Positions 48,842-59,118 are shown, counted from the first letter of the stretch. The stretch is 64,000 nucleotides of DNA from an uncultured Planctomycetota bacterium (GCA_963719315.1 CAVRBU010000006.1:128001-192000), one strand, 5' to 3'. The notes: a model not told the origin generated them from the sequence alone. Program-made: numbers and translations.

Positions 48842-49285
48842 TCACCCCAAAATCGGCAACAGCGGCGGCTTCTTGCTGCGGATACTCTGGCCGTCGTCCT
48901 GGATCACCGCCTCGATGTATTCGGCGACTTGTTCGGGCCGCTCGAGGTAGAAATCGTACGTCCAGTCGTCCTCGTATTCACAGTCCTTGGTCGAATAATC
49001 GCGGCAGACTTGCGGGCGGGTGTTGTAAATGCCACAGCGGTTGTCGTCCTGCAAGTGCCGGCATTGCGTATGAACGAGCAGATACCAGTCTTCGTTTTCC
49101 TTGAACACGGTGGCCCGTTCGTGTAACAAGAACCAGCGGATGAACTCGTAGTCCGCGAGCTCCTCCGGTGTGTCGAACGGGAGGGCGAAGTAGCGACAGC
49201 ATTTGGCCGTGCAGTATTCGCAGAGGACCTTATCTTTGGGAACTTGTTTGCGAGTGGGCTTCGGTGAGACGAGGGCGGTGGCCAT
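48842..49285 (-). CDS. YkgJ family cysteine cluster protein
   Basis: CEYCTAKCC, CRHL..DNRCGIYNTRPQVCRDY. Confidence 0.88.
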   Translation of the reverse strand: MATALVSPKPTRKQVPKDKVLCEYCTAKCCRYFALPFDTPEELADYEFIRWFLLHERATVFKENEDWYLLVHTQCRHLQDDNRCGIYNTRPQVCRDYSTKDCEYEDDWTYDFYLERPEQVAEYIEAVIQDDGQSIRSKKPPLLPILG

Positions 49286-49643
49286 GGCGACAATTCCTGC
49301 GAACAATTGCGGTGTTGTGGTTAACTTAACACGATGCGTGCAGCGCTGCTAGTACGGCAGTGCCGAGCGAATCATAGAGGAACACTGATCGTCACTAATC
49401 CTCGCTCATCGGGATGAGTGCTAATTACTCAAACTGAAAAGTCGAACCGCCAAGATCGCCAAGAACGCCAAGGAATACAGAGAGAAATCAACTTGGCATG
49501 CAGTTTGTCCGTGAAAGACCTTTCCGGCAGTCTAACGCGTTCCAATCGTAATAAAATGAAGACTTGTGCTCTTGGCGTGCTTGGCGGTTTTCACTTTGAG
49601 TAATTGGAGTAGATTAATGTTTCAACATGCTGGCAAAAGTGTT

Positions 49644-50198
49644 ATGTCGACGAAGCATAAGCCAAAACGACCGCTGTTGCGCAGCTTTCCGCCGATTGCG
49701 GCAGCGGATGCTCGGGTGCTCGTGCTGGGAACGATGCCGAGTATTGCGTCGCTTGCGAAGCGGCAGTTCTACGGTCATCCGCAAAACGCGTTCTGGCCGA
49801 TCATGGGCCGGTTGTTCGGCGCCGGGCCAGAGTTGCCGTATGAAGCGCGGAAGGCCATTTTGTGCGCGAACGGAGTTGCCGTTTGGGACGTGCTGCGGGA
49901 ATGCTACCGCGAGGGAAGTTTGGATTCGGCGATCGAAATTGATTCGGAATCGCCGAACGACTTTGCGAAGTTCTTTTGCGCGCATTCCAACATTCACAGC
50001 GTTTTTTTCAATGGCCATAAGGCCGAAACGGCGTTTCGCCGCCATGCGTTGCCCCTGGTGTCGAAACTGAAGCGGGAGTTTTTGTACGCCCGTTTGCCTT
50101 CGACCAGCCCCGCGCATGCGGGCCGCAATTTTACGCAGAAGTTAACGGCCTGGCGGGCGGTGAAACGGGCGACTTCGCGGCAGAGGCCGAATGGATGA
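49644..50198 (+). CDS. DNA-deoxyinosine / G:U mismatch glycosylase (UDG superfamily)
   Basis: LVLGTMPSIASL, FYGHPQNAFW, VWDV, REGSLDSAI, LPSTSPAHA. Confidence 0.9.
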   Translation: MSTKHKPKRPLLRSFPPIAAADARVLVLGTMPSIASLAKRQFYGHPQNAFWPIMGRLFGAGPELPYEARKAILCANGVAVWDVLRECYREGSLDSAIEIDSESPNDFAKFFCAHSNIHSVFFNGHKAETAFRRHALPLVSKLKREFLYARLPSTSPAHAGRNFTQKLTAWRAVKRATSRQRPNG

Positions 50199-50212
50199 AC
50201 CACAAAGCGGTG

Positions 50213-50788
50213 TCAGTCGATTAATGCCAGCGCTTTGTCGAGCATTCGCAGGACGCTTGCTTCGTCGGTGAGTTCGCGCACTTCATCGGGCGTGCACCAT
50301 CGGACGTCGTGTGATTCGTCGCTGACGCGGATGGCAGTGCCGGCGTGGGCGATCAGCAGAAAGCGAATGTCGTGGTGCTCGTGGGCGTCCTCGATCATTT
50401 GGCCGTCGGCGTCGTAGCGGGCCGGTATTTCGTGTACGTCGAGGTCGAAGGGCATCATGACTCCGTGGATGGGAACGATTTCGAAACGCGTGAGGCCCGA
50501 TTCCTCGCGAGCCTCGCGGAGGGCGGCTTCCTCGACGTGCCACTGGCCATCGGTGTGGCCGCCCAATTGCAGCCAGCGGTTGAGCTTGCGATGGTGCGTC
50601 AGCAGCACGTGGCGGCGATCAGTCGAGAGAATCCAAGCCGCAGCCGTGATATGTCCCGGTCGGCAGGTGCGCTCGAAGCAGTTCGCGTGGTCGTGAACGA
50701 GTGCGCAGATGCGGTCCACGACCTCCGCCTCGTGTGGGAAGGCGTCACGGTACTGGGCCAGCATTTCCAAGAGCGGCCAGCGGGACAT
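50213..50788 (-). CDS. NUDIX hydrolase
   Basis: GHITAAAW, HHRKLNRWLQLGGHTDG, AALREAREESGL. Confidence 0.92.
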   Translation of the reverse strand: MSRWPLLEMLAQYRDAFPHEAEVVDRICALVHDHANCFERTCRPGHITAAAWILSTDRRHVLLTHHRKLNRWLQLGGHTDGQWHVEEAALREAREESGLTRFEIVPIHGVMMPFDLDVHEIPARYDADGQMIEDAHEHHDIRFLLIAHAGTAIRVSDESHDVRWCTPDEVRELTDEASVLRMLDKALALID

Positions 50789-50795
50789 GGAAGTT

Positions 50796-50887
50796 AGGTG
50801 TCAGGTGTCGGGTGTCGGAGAAGACGTCATTGTCGGCGGAACGCCTGCATACTACACCTGACTCCCGACACCGGAAACCCGACACCT
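50796..50887. repeat. Inverted heptamer-repeat element
   Basis: aggtgtcaggtgtcgggtgtcgg ... cacctgactcccgacaccggaaacccgacacct. Confidence 0.85.
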
Positions 50888-50890
50888 TCC

Positions 50891-52750
50891 TTACGGCGCC
50901 ACGGCTTTTTGGACCGATGCCGGGCGGTGGTAGTACGAATAGGGCGCCGTGAAGCCGGGTGGCGGATTGAGGAGCGAGTCGGGCAGGAATTCGACTTCCA
51001 GTTCGCCGCTGGAGCTGTCTAAGTCGTGGCCAACGATGACTTGGCCGCGAATCAATGAACGGTTCTGGAAGGTTAGGTCGTCGCGAACCGCGATCAGGCC
51101 GCGGATCGCGGAGCGGTAAATATCATTCGTATCGCTATCGACGCCGAAGTCTTCATGCGACGCGCCGGCCGGATTGAAGTTCGTACTGTTTTCCTTTTCA
51201 CTCAGAGCGCGATTCGTGGCATTGATCGAGAAGTCGGCATCCGTCGGATTATCCGCGTCGACGAGCAGGGCGGGGTAGCCGGCGACGGCCGGCGTCCAAC
51301 TAATCGGTCCGCTGCCGATGCAGGAGCCGGCCCCTGGATTCACCAACAGCAATGTGCCCACGATGCGCGAACGTTCGATGGTGACCTTATTGCCGTTGCA
51401 GTTGATCCAGTAAATGCCTTCGGAGTTTGTCGTCGCACCAAACGGATTGAGGCTAGGGCTAAGAACCTGGCGGTAGATTAGCTTGCCGGTAGTCGTTTCA
51501 CGAATGGTCAGGTCGTCGAAATAGAAGTCGGAGGTGTTCGTAGAATCGGTCCCGGCGATCTTGATGAAGGCGTATTCCAAGTTGCCGGACCAGGTGGGCG
51601 CTGTGAGCGTGGCTGAAATCGGCCGCCATCCCAGCGCCAGGACGGCGGTATCTGTGCCGATATCCTGTTGAACGCTGCCCCCTTCTCCTTTGAGGGTCAT
51701 TGTAAATTTGAAATTCTTGATCAGCGTAAAGACGCCCGGCAGGTAAACCCAGCCGTCGATGGTATACTGTTGGCCCGGCTTCACGAAGCCGTCGATGTAT
51801 TGAGCGGCGCCGGCGTCCCAGGCGGTGCGATTTTGGACTCGTAGGCTGTACGTGCCGTTGTGTCTGGTCGTGTTGGATTGGCTAATATTGGCCGTGGGCG
51901 TGCCAATTGCCGAGCCAGTCCAATCCGTCGTGCCGCTCTCGATGCCGGTATTGCGACCCAAGTTCGGTGTTTGGCTGGAAAGACTGTTGATGTTGATTTC
52001 GGTTCCGTTCGTGCGATAGTAATTGAACACTGAAGTCCAATCGGGCATCGCCGGCCGTTTTTCCGACGTGACTCGCGTGGTGGTGCTATTGTAGGTGGAC
52101 CCGCCGATCGAGACGGCCTCGACCTTGCCGTAGACTTGCGAGCTGGTTACTGAGATTTGGTTCGCGGTGATCAGCGCGTTGTTCGCGCGCAAGGTATTAC
52201 TCTGCAACGCGATCGAGTCGCCCACCCCGACCGCCGAGCGGAGGCAACCGAGCGGTTCTTTGCGCGGATCGATGGTTACTTTCACGCGCTGCTCGGCGCC
52301 GCCGCTGTAGCCGATGCCCAACACGACGACAGGATCGTCGGCGCTGTTCGCCAAATCGCCGTCGATTGGGTCAGTCACGTCGAGCGTGCACGTGCCCTTG
52401 CCTGTCCCGCGTTTGACGAACCAGTTGCCGTTCGTGTACGTGGTCCGCCAATTAGTGTCCTGTTTCATGGTCAATAGCGCCAGCTCGACGGCCGAATTCG
52501 CATTGAGCTGCGCCTGCCGCATGTCGGTCGAGGCGATGATCAATCGATTCTGCAAACGTTGGCCGACAAGCGCGGACATGCTCAATAGCGCCACAACGAG
52601 CGCGGTGGCGAGCACGGCGATGTAGACTCCGCCGCGCCTCTGGGGAGTTCGGCGGGCGTAGGGCCGGGAATTGCAACATGCAAAGTGCAAATTGCGAAAT
52701 GTAAAATGATGGACGTTCGCAATTTGCAATTTGCATGTTGCATGTTGCAT
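50891..52750 (-). CDS. PilX/GspK-like minor pilin with carbohydrate-binding module (CBM4/9/22-like); start uncertain
   Basis: RRGGVYIAVLATALVVALLSMSAL prepilin-like helix; QAQLNANSAVELAL; GIESGTTDW...HNGTYSLRVQNRTAWDAGAAQ...GQQYTIDGWVY...FYFDDLTI. Confidence 0.75.
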   Translation of the reverse strand: MQHATCKLQIANVHHFTFRNLHFACCNSRPYARRTPQRRGGVYIAVLATALVVALLSMSALVGQRLQNRLIIASTDMRQAQLNANSAVELALLTMKQDTNWRTTYTNGNWFVKRGTGKGTCTLDVTDPIDGDLANSADDPVVVLGIGYSGGAEQRVKVTIDPRKEPLGCLRSAVGVGDSIALQSNTLRANNALITANQISVTSSQVYGKVEAVSIGGSTYNSTTTRVTSEKRPAMPDWTSVFNYYRTNGTEININSLSSQTPNLGRNTGIESGTTDWTGSAIGTPTANISQSNTTRHNGTYSLRVQNRTAWDAGAAQYIDGFVKPGQQYTIDGWVYLPGVFTLIKNFKFTMTLKGEGGSVQQDIGTDTAVLALGWRPISATLTAPTWSGNLEYAFIKIAGTDSTNTSDFYFDDLTIRETTTGKLIYRQVLSPSLNPFGATTNSEGIYWINCNGNKVTIERSRIVGTLLLVNPGAGSCIGSGPISWTPAVAGYPALLVDADNPTDADFSINATNRALSEKENSTNFNPAGASHEDFGVDSDTNDIYRSAIRGLIAVRDDLTFQNRSLIRGQVIVGHDLDSSSGELEVEFLPDSLLNPPPGFTAPYSYYHRPASVQKAVAP

Positions 52751-52758
52751 TTTGCAAT
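52670..52758. repeat. AT-rich inverted heptamer-repeat element (TTGCAWN) overlapping the gene start
   Basis: ttgcaacatgcaaagtgcaaattgcgaa ... ttcgcaatttgcaatttgcatgttgcatgttgcattttgcaa. Confidence 0.85.
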
Positions 52759-52761
52759 CTC

Positions 52762-53265
52762 CTAATCGGTGTCGGTGCGGAGGGCCGATTCATCGGCCAG
52801 CACTTGGCCCTGATACTCGATCGTGACGCGAATTTGTTTGGCGCCCTGGTCGGTGACGGAAGCCAGTGTCGGATTGGAGGGCGACACGTAAGTGATTTGC
52901 ACGCTCTGCCGCCAGCCGGTTCGATTAGGGATGGCGGTGCCGTCGCGATCTTGGGGCGGCGACGCGGTCCAGGCATCGTAGTCGTCGACATCGTCAAAGG
53001 CCGATCGGGGCGAGGCGGACTCGCCGCTTTCGCGGCCGAAGACCGCAGAGCCATCCGGGTCGCTGTACGGCAGTTGGATGATTTCCGATAACAGTTCGTC
53101 GGCCAATCCGGCGGCGATCGCGCGGTTGCCGATCGAATCGGCCGAGCGCGTGGCGGCGCCCAGCGAATTGAGCGTCGCCACCGACAGCAAGCTGACGATC
53201 ATGGTCGAAGCGACGACCTCGATGAGCGTCAGGCCGTCGCGCGCGTTTGCAAGATACCGAGACAT
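52762..53265 (-). CDS. Minor (pseudo)pilin, PilV/GspI-like
   Basis: Class III signal RDG|LTLIEVVASTMIVSLL; FDDVDDY. Confidence 0.82.
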   Translation of the reverse strand: MSRYLANARDGLTLIEVVASTMIVSLLSVATLNSLGAATRSADSIGNRAIAAGLADELLSEIIQLPYSDPDGSAVFGRESGESASPRSAFDDVDDYDAWTASPPQDRDGTAIPNRTGWRQSVQITYVSPSNPTLASVTDQGAKQIRVTIEYQGQVLADESALRTDTD

Positions 53266-53279
53266 GGTGATTGGAATTT

Positions 53280-53343
53280 GGTGTCAGGTGTCGGGTGTCG
53301 GGTGTCGGGTGTCAGAAACGATCACCCGACACCTGACACACCC
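53280..53343. repeat. Inverted heptamer-repeat element between minor pilin genes
   Basis: ggtgtcaggtgtcgggtgtcgggtgtcgggtgtcag ... cacccgacacctgacac. Confidence 0.88.
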
Positions 53344-53344
53344 A

Positions 53345-55003
53345 CTAGTTGGTTCCCACGCGGACATCGACGTAATCGAATTCGGACGCGCTCGTGTCGG
53401 TTGTCAATGTGAGGTAACGGTCGGCTGTCGTCGAAGGCGCGTAGGTCGGATAGGTATAAGTGCCCTGGTCCTCGCCGTTGATTTGCAAATTGACCAGGTC
53501 GTTGGCCGGCAGAATCGTGAGTTGATAGCGGACGAAACCGCTGGACAGGTTCGAGCGGCTGAATAGCTGCTTGGTTGTTGCGTCGGAAGTCATTCCGTTG
53601 AGCGAGAGGGTTTGCGTGCCGTTCGATTGGCGCTTTACGTATACGAGGATCGGCGCGTACTGGCCGCCTTGGCGGTCGGCGTAAATGCGAAGCACAGCGC
53701 CGTTTCCGCCTACGGTTGTGTTGCGGCAACGGGCTTCGACCGTGGTGGTCGTCGTGAAATCGGCGAGGGGCCGAGTTTCGATCCCCCCGGTCGCGGTCCA
53801 CACGCCGTTTACGAGTTTACTCGTGTCGAATGAGCCATTGCCGGTGACGACCCAATCGGCGACGGCATCGCCGTTGTCGTTCGTGGTCGCCGGATCGCGA
53901 TCGAAGTCGGTTCGCCAATAAGTGGTCAACAACTCCGGGGAATTTCGCAACGGTGCGCTCGTATCAACGCGTGAATAGCCTTGGCTGCCCGATTGGAGTG
54001 CGATGCGGACGCTGGAAACGTAATTTCGCGTCACGTTGTACGTCGTGCTGGGCGTGGTGTAAGTGCCATAGATGCGGGCATACATCTGCCGCGTGCTCAT
54101 AGATTGCCAGGACGCGCCGGCGTCGGTCGAGTCGTTGACGCCGGTGGCAGTTGTGTCGCTGTACGGGATTCGCGCAGCCTGTCCCGAGCCGCTCAACTGT
54201 GCGAAGACCAAGTCATAGCGCCGGCTGAAGGAGAGTTCTCGAATCGGACTCGAAAACGTGACCGTGTTCCACCCGTCGGAACTGGTCAATGAAGATTCGG
54301 GAATCGTGACCTGGCCAAGCACGTTGCTGGTTGGGCTGTCGTAGGGATCGCCAGTTGGACGAACCTGCACGGCAAGTGTCTCTGTGGAGGAACTATTCTG
54401 TCCCCCGTAGAAGTCTATTCTCGTCAGATTCCACGAGACGACGTTAGCGGGAATCGACGAGAACGCCGTCGGTGCGATCACCTGTGCCATAAAGTTGCTC
54501 GCGTCGATATCTCGACGCGTACTGCCCTGGGGCGAGGCGGTGGTCAGCAGCAATTGCTCGGCCGAGTCGGCGGTCGTCGTGTAAGCCGTTGTTTTCTGCG
54601 TCTGCTGGAGCGTGACGCTGAATGAGTTGACCGAGGAGAGGACGTTGGCGCTCGTTCCGCCGTTGATCGTCTTGCGGAGCGGCTCTCCGGCGACGCCCGA
54701 CCATTCGTAGCGGATCTTTTCCGCGGTACCGTCAGCGTTTCGATCGGCGACTACGAACTCGAGGATCTGCGGCGTTTGCTGGATGACCAGCGTGGCGTAG
54801 GGGAGCTCGTCGCATATCTGGCTGACCGCATCCGACGCCTTCGCACGCCGCGTGGCATCGGAGGGTGTGTACGCAATTTGGCGGCCGATCAACATCACCG
54901 ATCCCATGCCGCCGATCAGAAACGTGCCGACGGTCATGGCGACCACCAGCTCCATAAGCGTGTGGCCGCAGCGACGGCGAGTGGTATGACTCAATGAATT
55001 CAT
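53345..55003 (-). CDS. Large minor (pseudo)pilin, PilW/GspJ-like, with extra beta-rich domains
   Basis: RRRCG|HTLMELVVAMTVGTFLIGG; long Ser/Thr-rich extracellular region. Confidence 0.78.
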   Translation of the reverse strand: MNSLSHTTRRRCGHTLMELVVAMTVGTFLIGGMGSVMLIGRQIAYTPSDATRRAKASDAVSQICDELPYATLVIQQTPQILEFVVADRNADGTAEKIRYEWSGVAGEPLRKTINGGTSANVLSSVNSFSVTLQQTQKTTAYTTTADSAEQLLLTTASPQGSTRRDIDASNFMAQVIAPTAFSSIPANVVSWNLTRIDFYGGQNSSSTETLAVQVRPTGDPYDSPTSNVLGQVTIPESSLTSSDGWNTVTFSSPIRELSFSRRYDLVFAQLSGSGQAARIPYSDTTATGVNDSTDAGASWQSMSTRQMYARIYGTYTTPSTTYNVTRNYVSSVRIALQSGSQGYSRVDTSAPLRNSPELLTTYWRTDFDRDPATTNDNGDAVADWVVTGNGSFDTSKLVNGVWTATGGIETRPLADFTTTTTVEARCRNTTVGGNGAVLRIYADRQGGQYAPILVYVKRQSNGTQTLSLNGMTSDATTKQLFSRSNLSSGFVRYQLTILPANDLVNLQINGEDQGTYTYPTYAPSTTADRYLTLTTDTSASEFDYVDVRVGTN

Positions 55004-55081
55004 GATGAATGCCAGTTGTCACGTAGCTGAATTCTTGCGAATTCAGCTATCGCGATCGGGACATTTTCAGTAATCGGGTAA

Positions 55082-55639
55082 TTAGCTTCCGGAAACCTGG
55101 GACGTTCCACCTTTGGCGTGGTTGCTGGTGATTGTTACGGCCCCGGTTACGCTGTCTACGGAGACCGTGCATTGATGCGTCTTGGCCGTGAGCGTCACCG
55201 AACCGCCGCTGGAGGGCGTGCCGTAACCATCGAATGACAGCGTCAACCGGCTGGCGAAGTTCGCCATGGCGCTATCGAGCGAGTACGGCGACTTCCTGAG
55301 GTCGACTGCATACGCCTTGATGGCGTTGTCTAAGCTCTTGGCGCCGCTGATCGTGTAGGCCCCGCCGCCGGTGAAGGTCAAGACCTGCGGGGCGCTTGTT
55401 AGTCGGGAAAGTTGCCGGCAGTATTCGATATCGGCCTTAACCCGGCGGGCGGCGGTCTCCACGCGGTGGAAGAGGAGCGAGTCGAGAAAGGTGGGGGCAG
55501 TGACCGCCGCAAAAATGCTCATGATTAGAACGACGATCGTGAGCTCGGCAATCGTAAACGCCCGCAAGCGATCGGCGCGCAGGTGAACATCAAGCGCCCG
55601 GCGGTTCCGATGCCGCGGTGTGCGTCGAATCGTTTGCAT
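55082..55639 (-). CDS. Minor (pseudo)pilin, FimT/GspH-like
   Basis: LRA|FTIAELTIVVLIMSIFAAVTAP; AARRVKADIEYCRQ; LSFDGYGTP. Confidence 0.82.
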   Translation of the reverse strand: MQTIRRTPRHRNRRALDVHLRADRLRAFTIAELTIVVLIMSIFAAVTAPTFLDSLLFHRVETAARRVKADIEYCRQLSRLTSAPQVLTFTGGGAYTISGAKSLDNAIKAYAVDLRKSPYSLDSAMANFASRLTLSFDGYGTPSSGGSVTLTAKTHQCTVSVDSVTGAVTITSNHAKGGTSQVSGS

Positions 55640-56052
55640 GGCATGAGACGATTGTGTGTTCGCGAGCGGGGATCCGCACTGGGCGGAATGCTGAAACATA
55701 GCTTGCAGAGGATAGTGTTCTCGGGCCCTTCTGACGAACTAAACTGCCAGGCCGACTGTAATTTTGGGAAGTGCCGCTTCGGATGGCTGGTGGGGCAAAT
55801 GAAGACGCGCATGCGCATTGTGTCGCCTTTGACGGCTAGGTCCGGTCGTCCCCCTCAGTTGGATTTTTCCTGAATTGTGATTCGGCACGCGCCTGAGCGC
55901 GGTTCGCGCCCTAATGTTTCGATAGCAGCGGCGCTCGCGAGCGCGAGGGCCCTGCCGCGAAATGGTCTCGATCGATGCGCGACAGCAGCTTCGACGCCGC
56001 GGCGCGTCTTTGGATCAAACAAGGTTTCACTCGGGATTTGGGAGACAGTTAC

Positions 56053-56502
56053 ATGCGCAAGCAAAAGGGTTTCACGCTGATCGAACTTGTGGTGGTAGTC
56101 ATGATTCTGGGCATTTTGGCCGCCGTGGCCGCTCCGAAGTTGCTCAATACCTCGGGCTCTGCCGCGGACAACGGTTTGAAGCAGACACTCGCCGTCGTTC
56201 GCGACGCGATCGAGCGCTATGCCGCCGAACACGCGGGCACGCTACCCGGTGGCGGCGCTTCTGGTACCGAGGCGATCCTGAAATCGGACCTGCTGCTGTA
56301 CCTGCGCGGCGATTTTCCGAAGTGCCCAGTGGCCGGCGGAAATGACAAAATAAAAATTACTACCGCGGCGGGAGCGATCGCAGGCGACCCCTCGGCGACG
56401 CCCGCGGAATCGTGGCACTATAACTCAGGGGACGGCCAGTTCATTTGCAATACGGCCACGGCTACCAAGAGCGATAGCTCGGTTAACTACGACGAACTGT
56501 AA
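56053..56502 (+). CDS. Major (pseudo)pilin, GspG/PilA-like
   Basis: MRKQKG|FTLIELVVVVMILGILAAVAAPK. Confidence 0.9.
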   Translation: MRKQKGFTLIELVVVVMILGILAAVAAPKLLNTSGSAADNGLKQTLAVVRDAIERYAAEHAGTLPGGGASGTEAILKSDLLLYLRGDFPKCPVAGGNDKIKITTAAGAIAGDPSATPAESWHYNSGDGQFICNTATATKSDSSVNYDEL

Positions 56503-56814
56503 CCAGGTTCGACGGGTGAAGTATTTGAGAATTGAATGCGAATCCTGCCGTGCTCTGGCGCGAGTGCCAGCACGGCAGGATTCCCGCGATTGCGGAAAGC
56601 TGTTGTGTGCTAGCCCGATCAGCCCGATTGAGTTTGGGTAAAGCTGGCAATCAACAGAATTCGTGTTTGGCTTGCTGGTTGCGAAGAATGTCCCGATCGC
56701 AACAAAGATCGGGCTGGCAGACGGTCGATAAGAAATTCGAGTTCAGACAATGCGCCCATGTTTGGCGAACGGGTCAGGTGCGGCGCGGATTGCGATGCAG
56801 CGGAACCTACGAGA

Positions 56815-57204
56815 ATGACCAACGGAAAGGCGAAAATCCTGGTGTGCGAGGATAATGTGGCGCTCTCGGGCGTTATCTGCTTTAACCTCGTGCGGGCCGG
56901 GTTTGATGTCACCAGTGTCGCCAACGGCCGGCTGGCGCTCGACGCGCTGGAAAAGTCGACGTTCGACCTTGTGCTCTCGGACCAGCAGATGCCCAGGATG
57001 ACGGGGATCCAGTTGTGTGAGAACTTCCGTCAGCTTCCGGCCCATCGGCGAACGCCGTTTATTCTGCTGACCGCCAAGTGCATGGAACTCGATTTCGCCG
57101 AGCTGCAGCAGAAGCTGAACATTTCGGCGGCCCTGCCCAAGCCGTTCAGCCCAAGTGAACTCGTCAATTGCATAGAGGAAGCGCTCGCCGCAAGGGTTGT
57201 GTGA
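56815..57204 (+). CDS. Single-domain response regulator
   Basis: ILVCEDN, DLVLSDQQMPRMTG, ILLTA, KPF. Confidence 0.92.
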   Translation: MTNGKAKILVCEDNVALSGVICFNLVRAGFDVTSVANGRLALDALEKSTFDLVLSDQQMPRMTGIQLCENFRQLPAHRRTPFILLTAKCMELDFAELQQKLNISAALPKPFSPSELVNCIEEALAARVV

Positions 57205-57267
57205 ATTTTGGGGTGTCGGGTGTCAAGTGTCGGATGCAATCTGACACCTTATGCGGAATGGATTCCG

Positions 57268-59115
57268 ATGATTGGCAGCAAGCTGCAAATTCGATTGCCT
57301 CGCAAGGTCACGGCCTACTTTCTCCTGTTTGGCCTGGCGGCCCTGGTGTGGCTCGGCGTCGGTGCGATTTACGTTGCCTACGCGGTCAAGGACAACCGGT
57401 CGGAAACCGCGTCTCTACGGGCACTCGGGCGCGGAAGCGACCGCGTCGTGCTGGCTTATCTGCGCGACAAAAACGCGGACCTGCAAGCAGTGTTGGCGGA
57501 GATTCGAACTCAAAGCGGCGCGGATTATTGCGCAATCGCGGCCCCGACCGGCGAGTTCTTTGCCCATTCCAAGGGTGAGCTGCGCGGGAAGCCCGCTACC
57601 GAGCAAGGCACGATTGCCGAACGCTGGGGCCAGGTCGAACGCGTCGAATTCACGAGCGTCGGAGGCGCCGCGATCCACGAATATCGCTGCCCGCTCAAAG
57701 CCGGGGACAAGGAATTAGGCACAATGCGGCTGGGAGTCGCGCAGTCGAGCGTCTGGAGTTATCTGACTTCCGGGGCCCAGTTGCTGCCCCTGGCGTTTTT
57801 CGGGCCGGCGTGCTGCTTGGTCGTCGGCGCGGTGTTCCTCAATCGATTGGTGCGGCCGGTTGCCGAGATCGAGCAGCAACTGCATCAGGTGGCAACGAGC
57901 CCGTCGCTCGAAAGCTGCGAATGGCGGGAAGTTCCCAACGTGGGGGCGGCGGCCATCGGTTGGAACCGTGTGGTTCAACAAAAACTAGCGGGCGGACAGC
58001 GCGAATCGCTGCACGAGCGCATTCGGCAGTCGCTCGGCAGCGGTCGCCAAAGCCGCCTCGATGCCGTGCTCAACAGCATTCCCGATGGCGTGGCAACCAC
58101 CGATGCGGCCGGCCGGCTGACGTATACCAACCTGCCGATGTCCGTGATCCTGGGACTCAAGAACCCGGTCGGCGGCGGCGACGGTGCCAGCGCAGCGGAG
58201 GCCGCGCCGTTAATGACAGAACAATTGATTCAACGCTGGCAGATGTCGGAGTCGGATGGGCTCTTGTCGGCAGAGAATCGCGATCGCGCAGTCGTGACCG
58301 AGCTGACGCGCGAGGAAAGCGGGCACCGACGGATCGTGCGCGTGGCTCGCCATCCGATTTGCATCGTTGGCGGCGCGAAGCAGGAAGCGCACGTATGGTC
58401 GATGCGCGACGTGACTCAGCAGAAGCTGGCCGAGGAAATGCGCGACCAGTTCGTCGACACGGCCACGCACGAGCTGCGGACGCCGCTGGCGAACATCAAG
58501 GCTTATGCGGAGACACTGGCGCTGGCAGACATGATCGACGTCGAACAGCAGAAGCAGTTTCTCAATACGATCAATTCAGAAGCCACGCGGTTGGCGCGGT
58601 TCGTGGACGACCTGCTCAGCGTCAGCAGCATGGAGTTAGGCTCGCTGTCTCTCAACAAGCAAGTGACGGATTTGACCCGGATGCTCAACGAGGTGTTAGC
58701 CAAGATTCGGCCGCAAGTCGAGGAAAAGCGGCTCACGCTCGAAGTCGCGTTCCCGGAGAAAATGCCCGAGCCGGAACTGGACAAGGACAAAATCTCGGCC
58801 GTGCTCGTCAATCTGTTGGGCAACGCGGTGAAGTACACGCCGGCGAATGGGCGGGTCATTTTTCGGGTTCATATCACGGCTCAGCAAATCGAAATCAGCA
58901 TCGAGGATACAGGCGTCGGCATCTCTGCGGACGAGTTGCCGAAGGTGTTCGACAAATTCTTCCGCAGCCCCGACCCCCGCGTGCAGCAAGAAACAGGCAC
59001 AGGTCTCGGTTTGGCGCTGGCGAATGAAGTCGTGCGATTGCACGGTGGAAGAATCACGGTGGAAAGCGAGATCAACAAGGGCAGCACGTTTACGGTGTTG
59101 TTGCCGCTGGCTTGA
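57268..59115 (+). CDS. Membrane sensor histidine kinase with PAS-like domain
   Basis: Two TM helices; AVLNSIPDGV; HELRTPL; NLLGNAVKYT; DTGVGI; GTGLGL. Confidence 0.93.
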   Translation: MIGSKLQIRLPRKVTAYFLLFGLAALVWLGVGAIYVAYAVKDNRSETASLRALGRGSDRVVLAYLRDKNADLQAVLAEIRTQSGADYCAIAAPTGEFFAHSKGELRGKPATEQGTIAERWGQVERVEFTSVGGAAIHEYRCPLKAGDKELGTMRLGVAQSSVWSYLTSGAQLLPLAFFGPACCLVVGAVFLNRLVRPVAEIEQQLHQVATSPSLESCEWREVPNVGAAAIGWNRVVQQKLAGGQRESLHERIRQSLGSGRQSRLDAVLNSIPDGVATTDAAGRLTYTNLPMSVILGLKNPVGGGDGASAAEAAPLMTEQLIQRWQMSESDGLLSAENRDRAVVTELTREESGHRRIVRVARHPICIVGGAKQEAHVWSMRDVTQQKLAEEMRDQFVDTATHELRTPLANIKAYAETLALADMIDVEQQKQFLNTINSEATRLARFVDDLLSVSSMELGSLSLNKQVTDLTRMLNEVLAKIRPQVEEKRLTLEVAFPEKMPEPELDKDKISAVLVNLLGNAVKYTPANGRVIFRVHITAQQIEISIEDTGVGISADELPKVFDKFFRSPDPRVQQETGTGLGLALANEVVRLHGGRITVESEINKGSTFTVLLPLA

Positions 59116-59118
59116 GAG

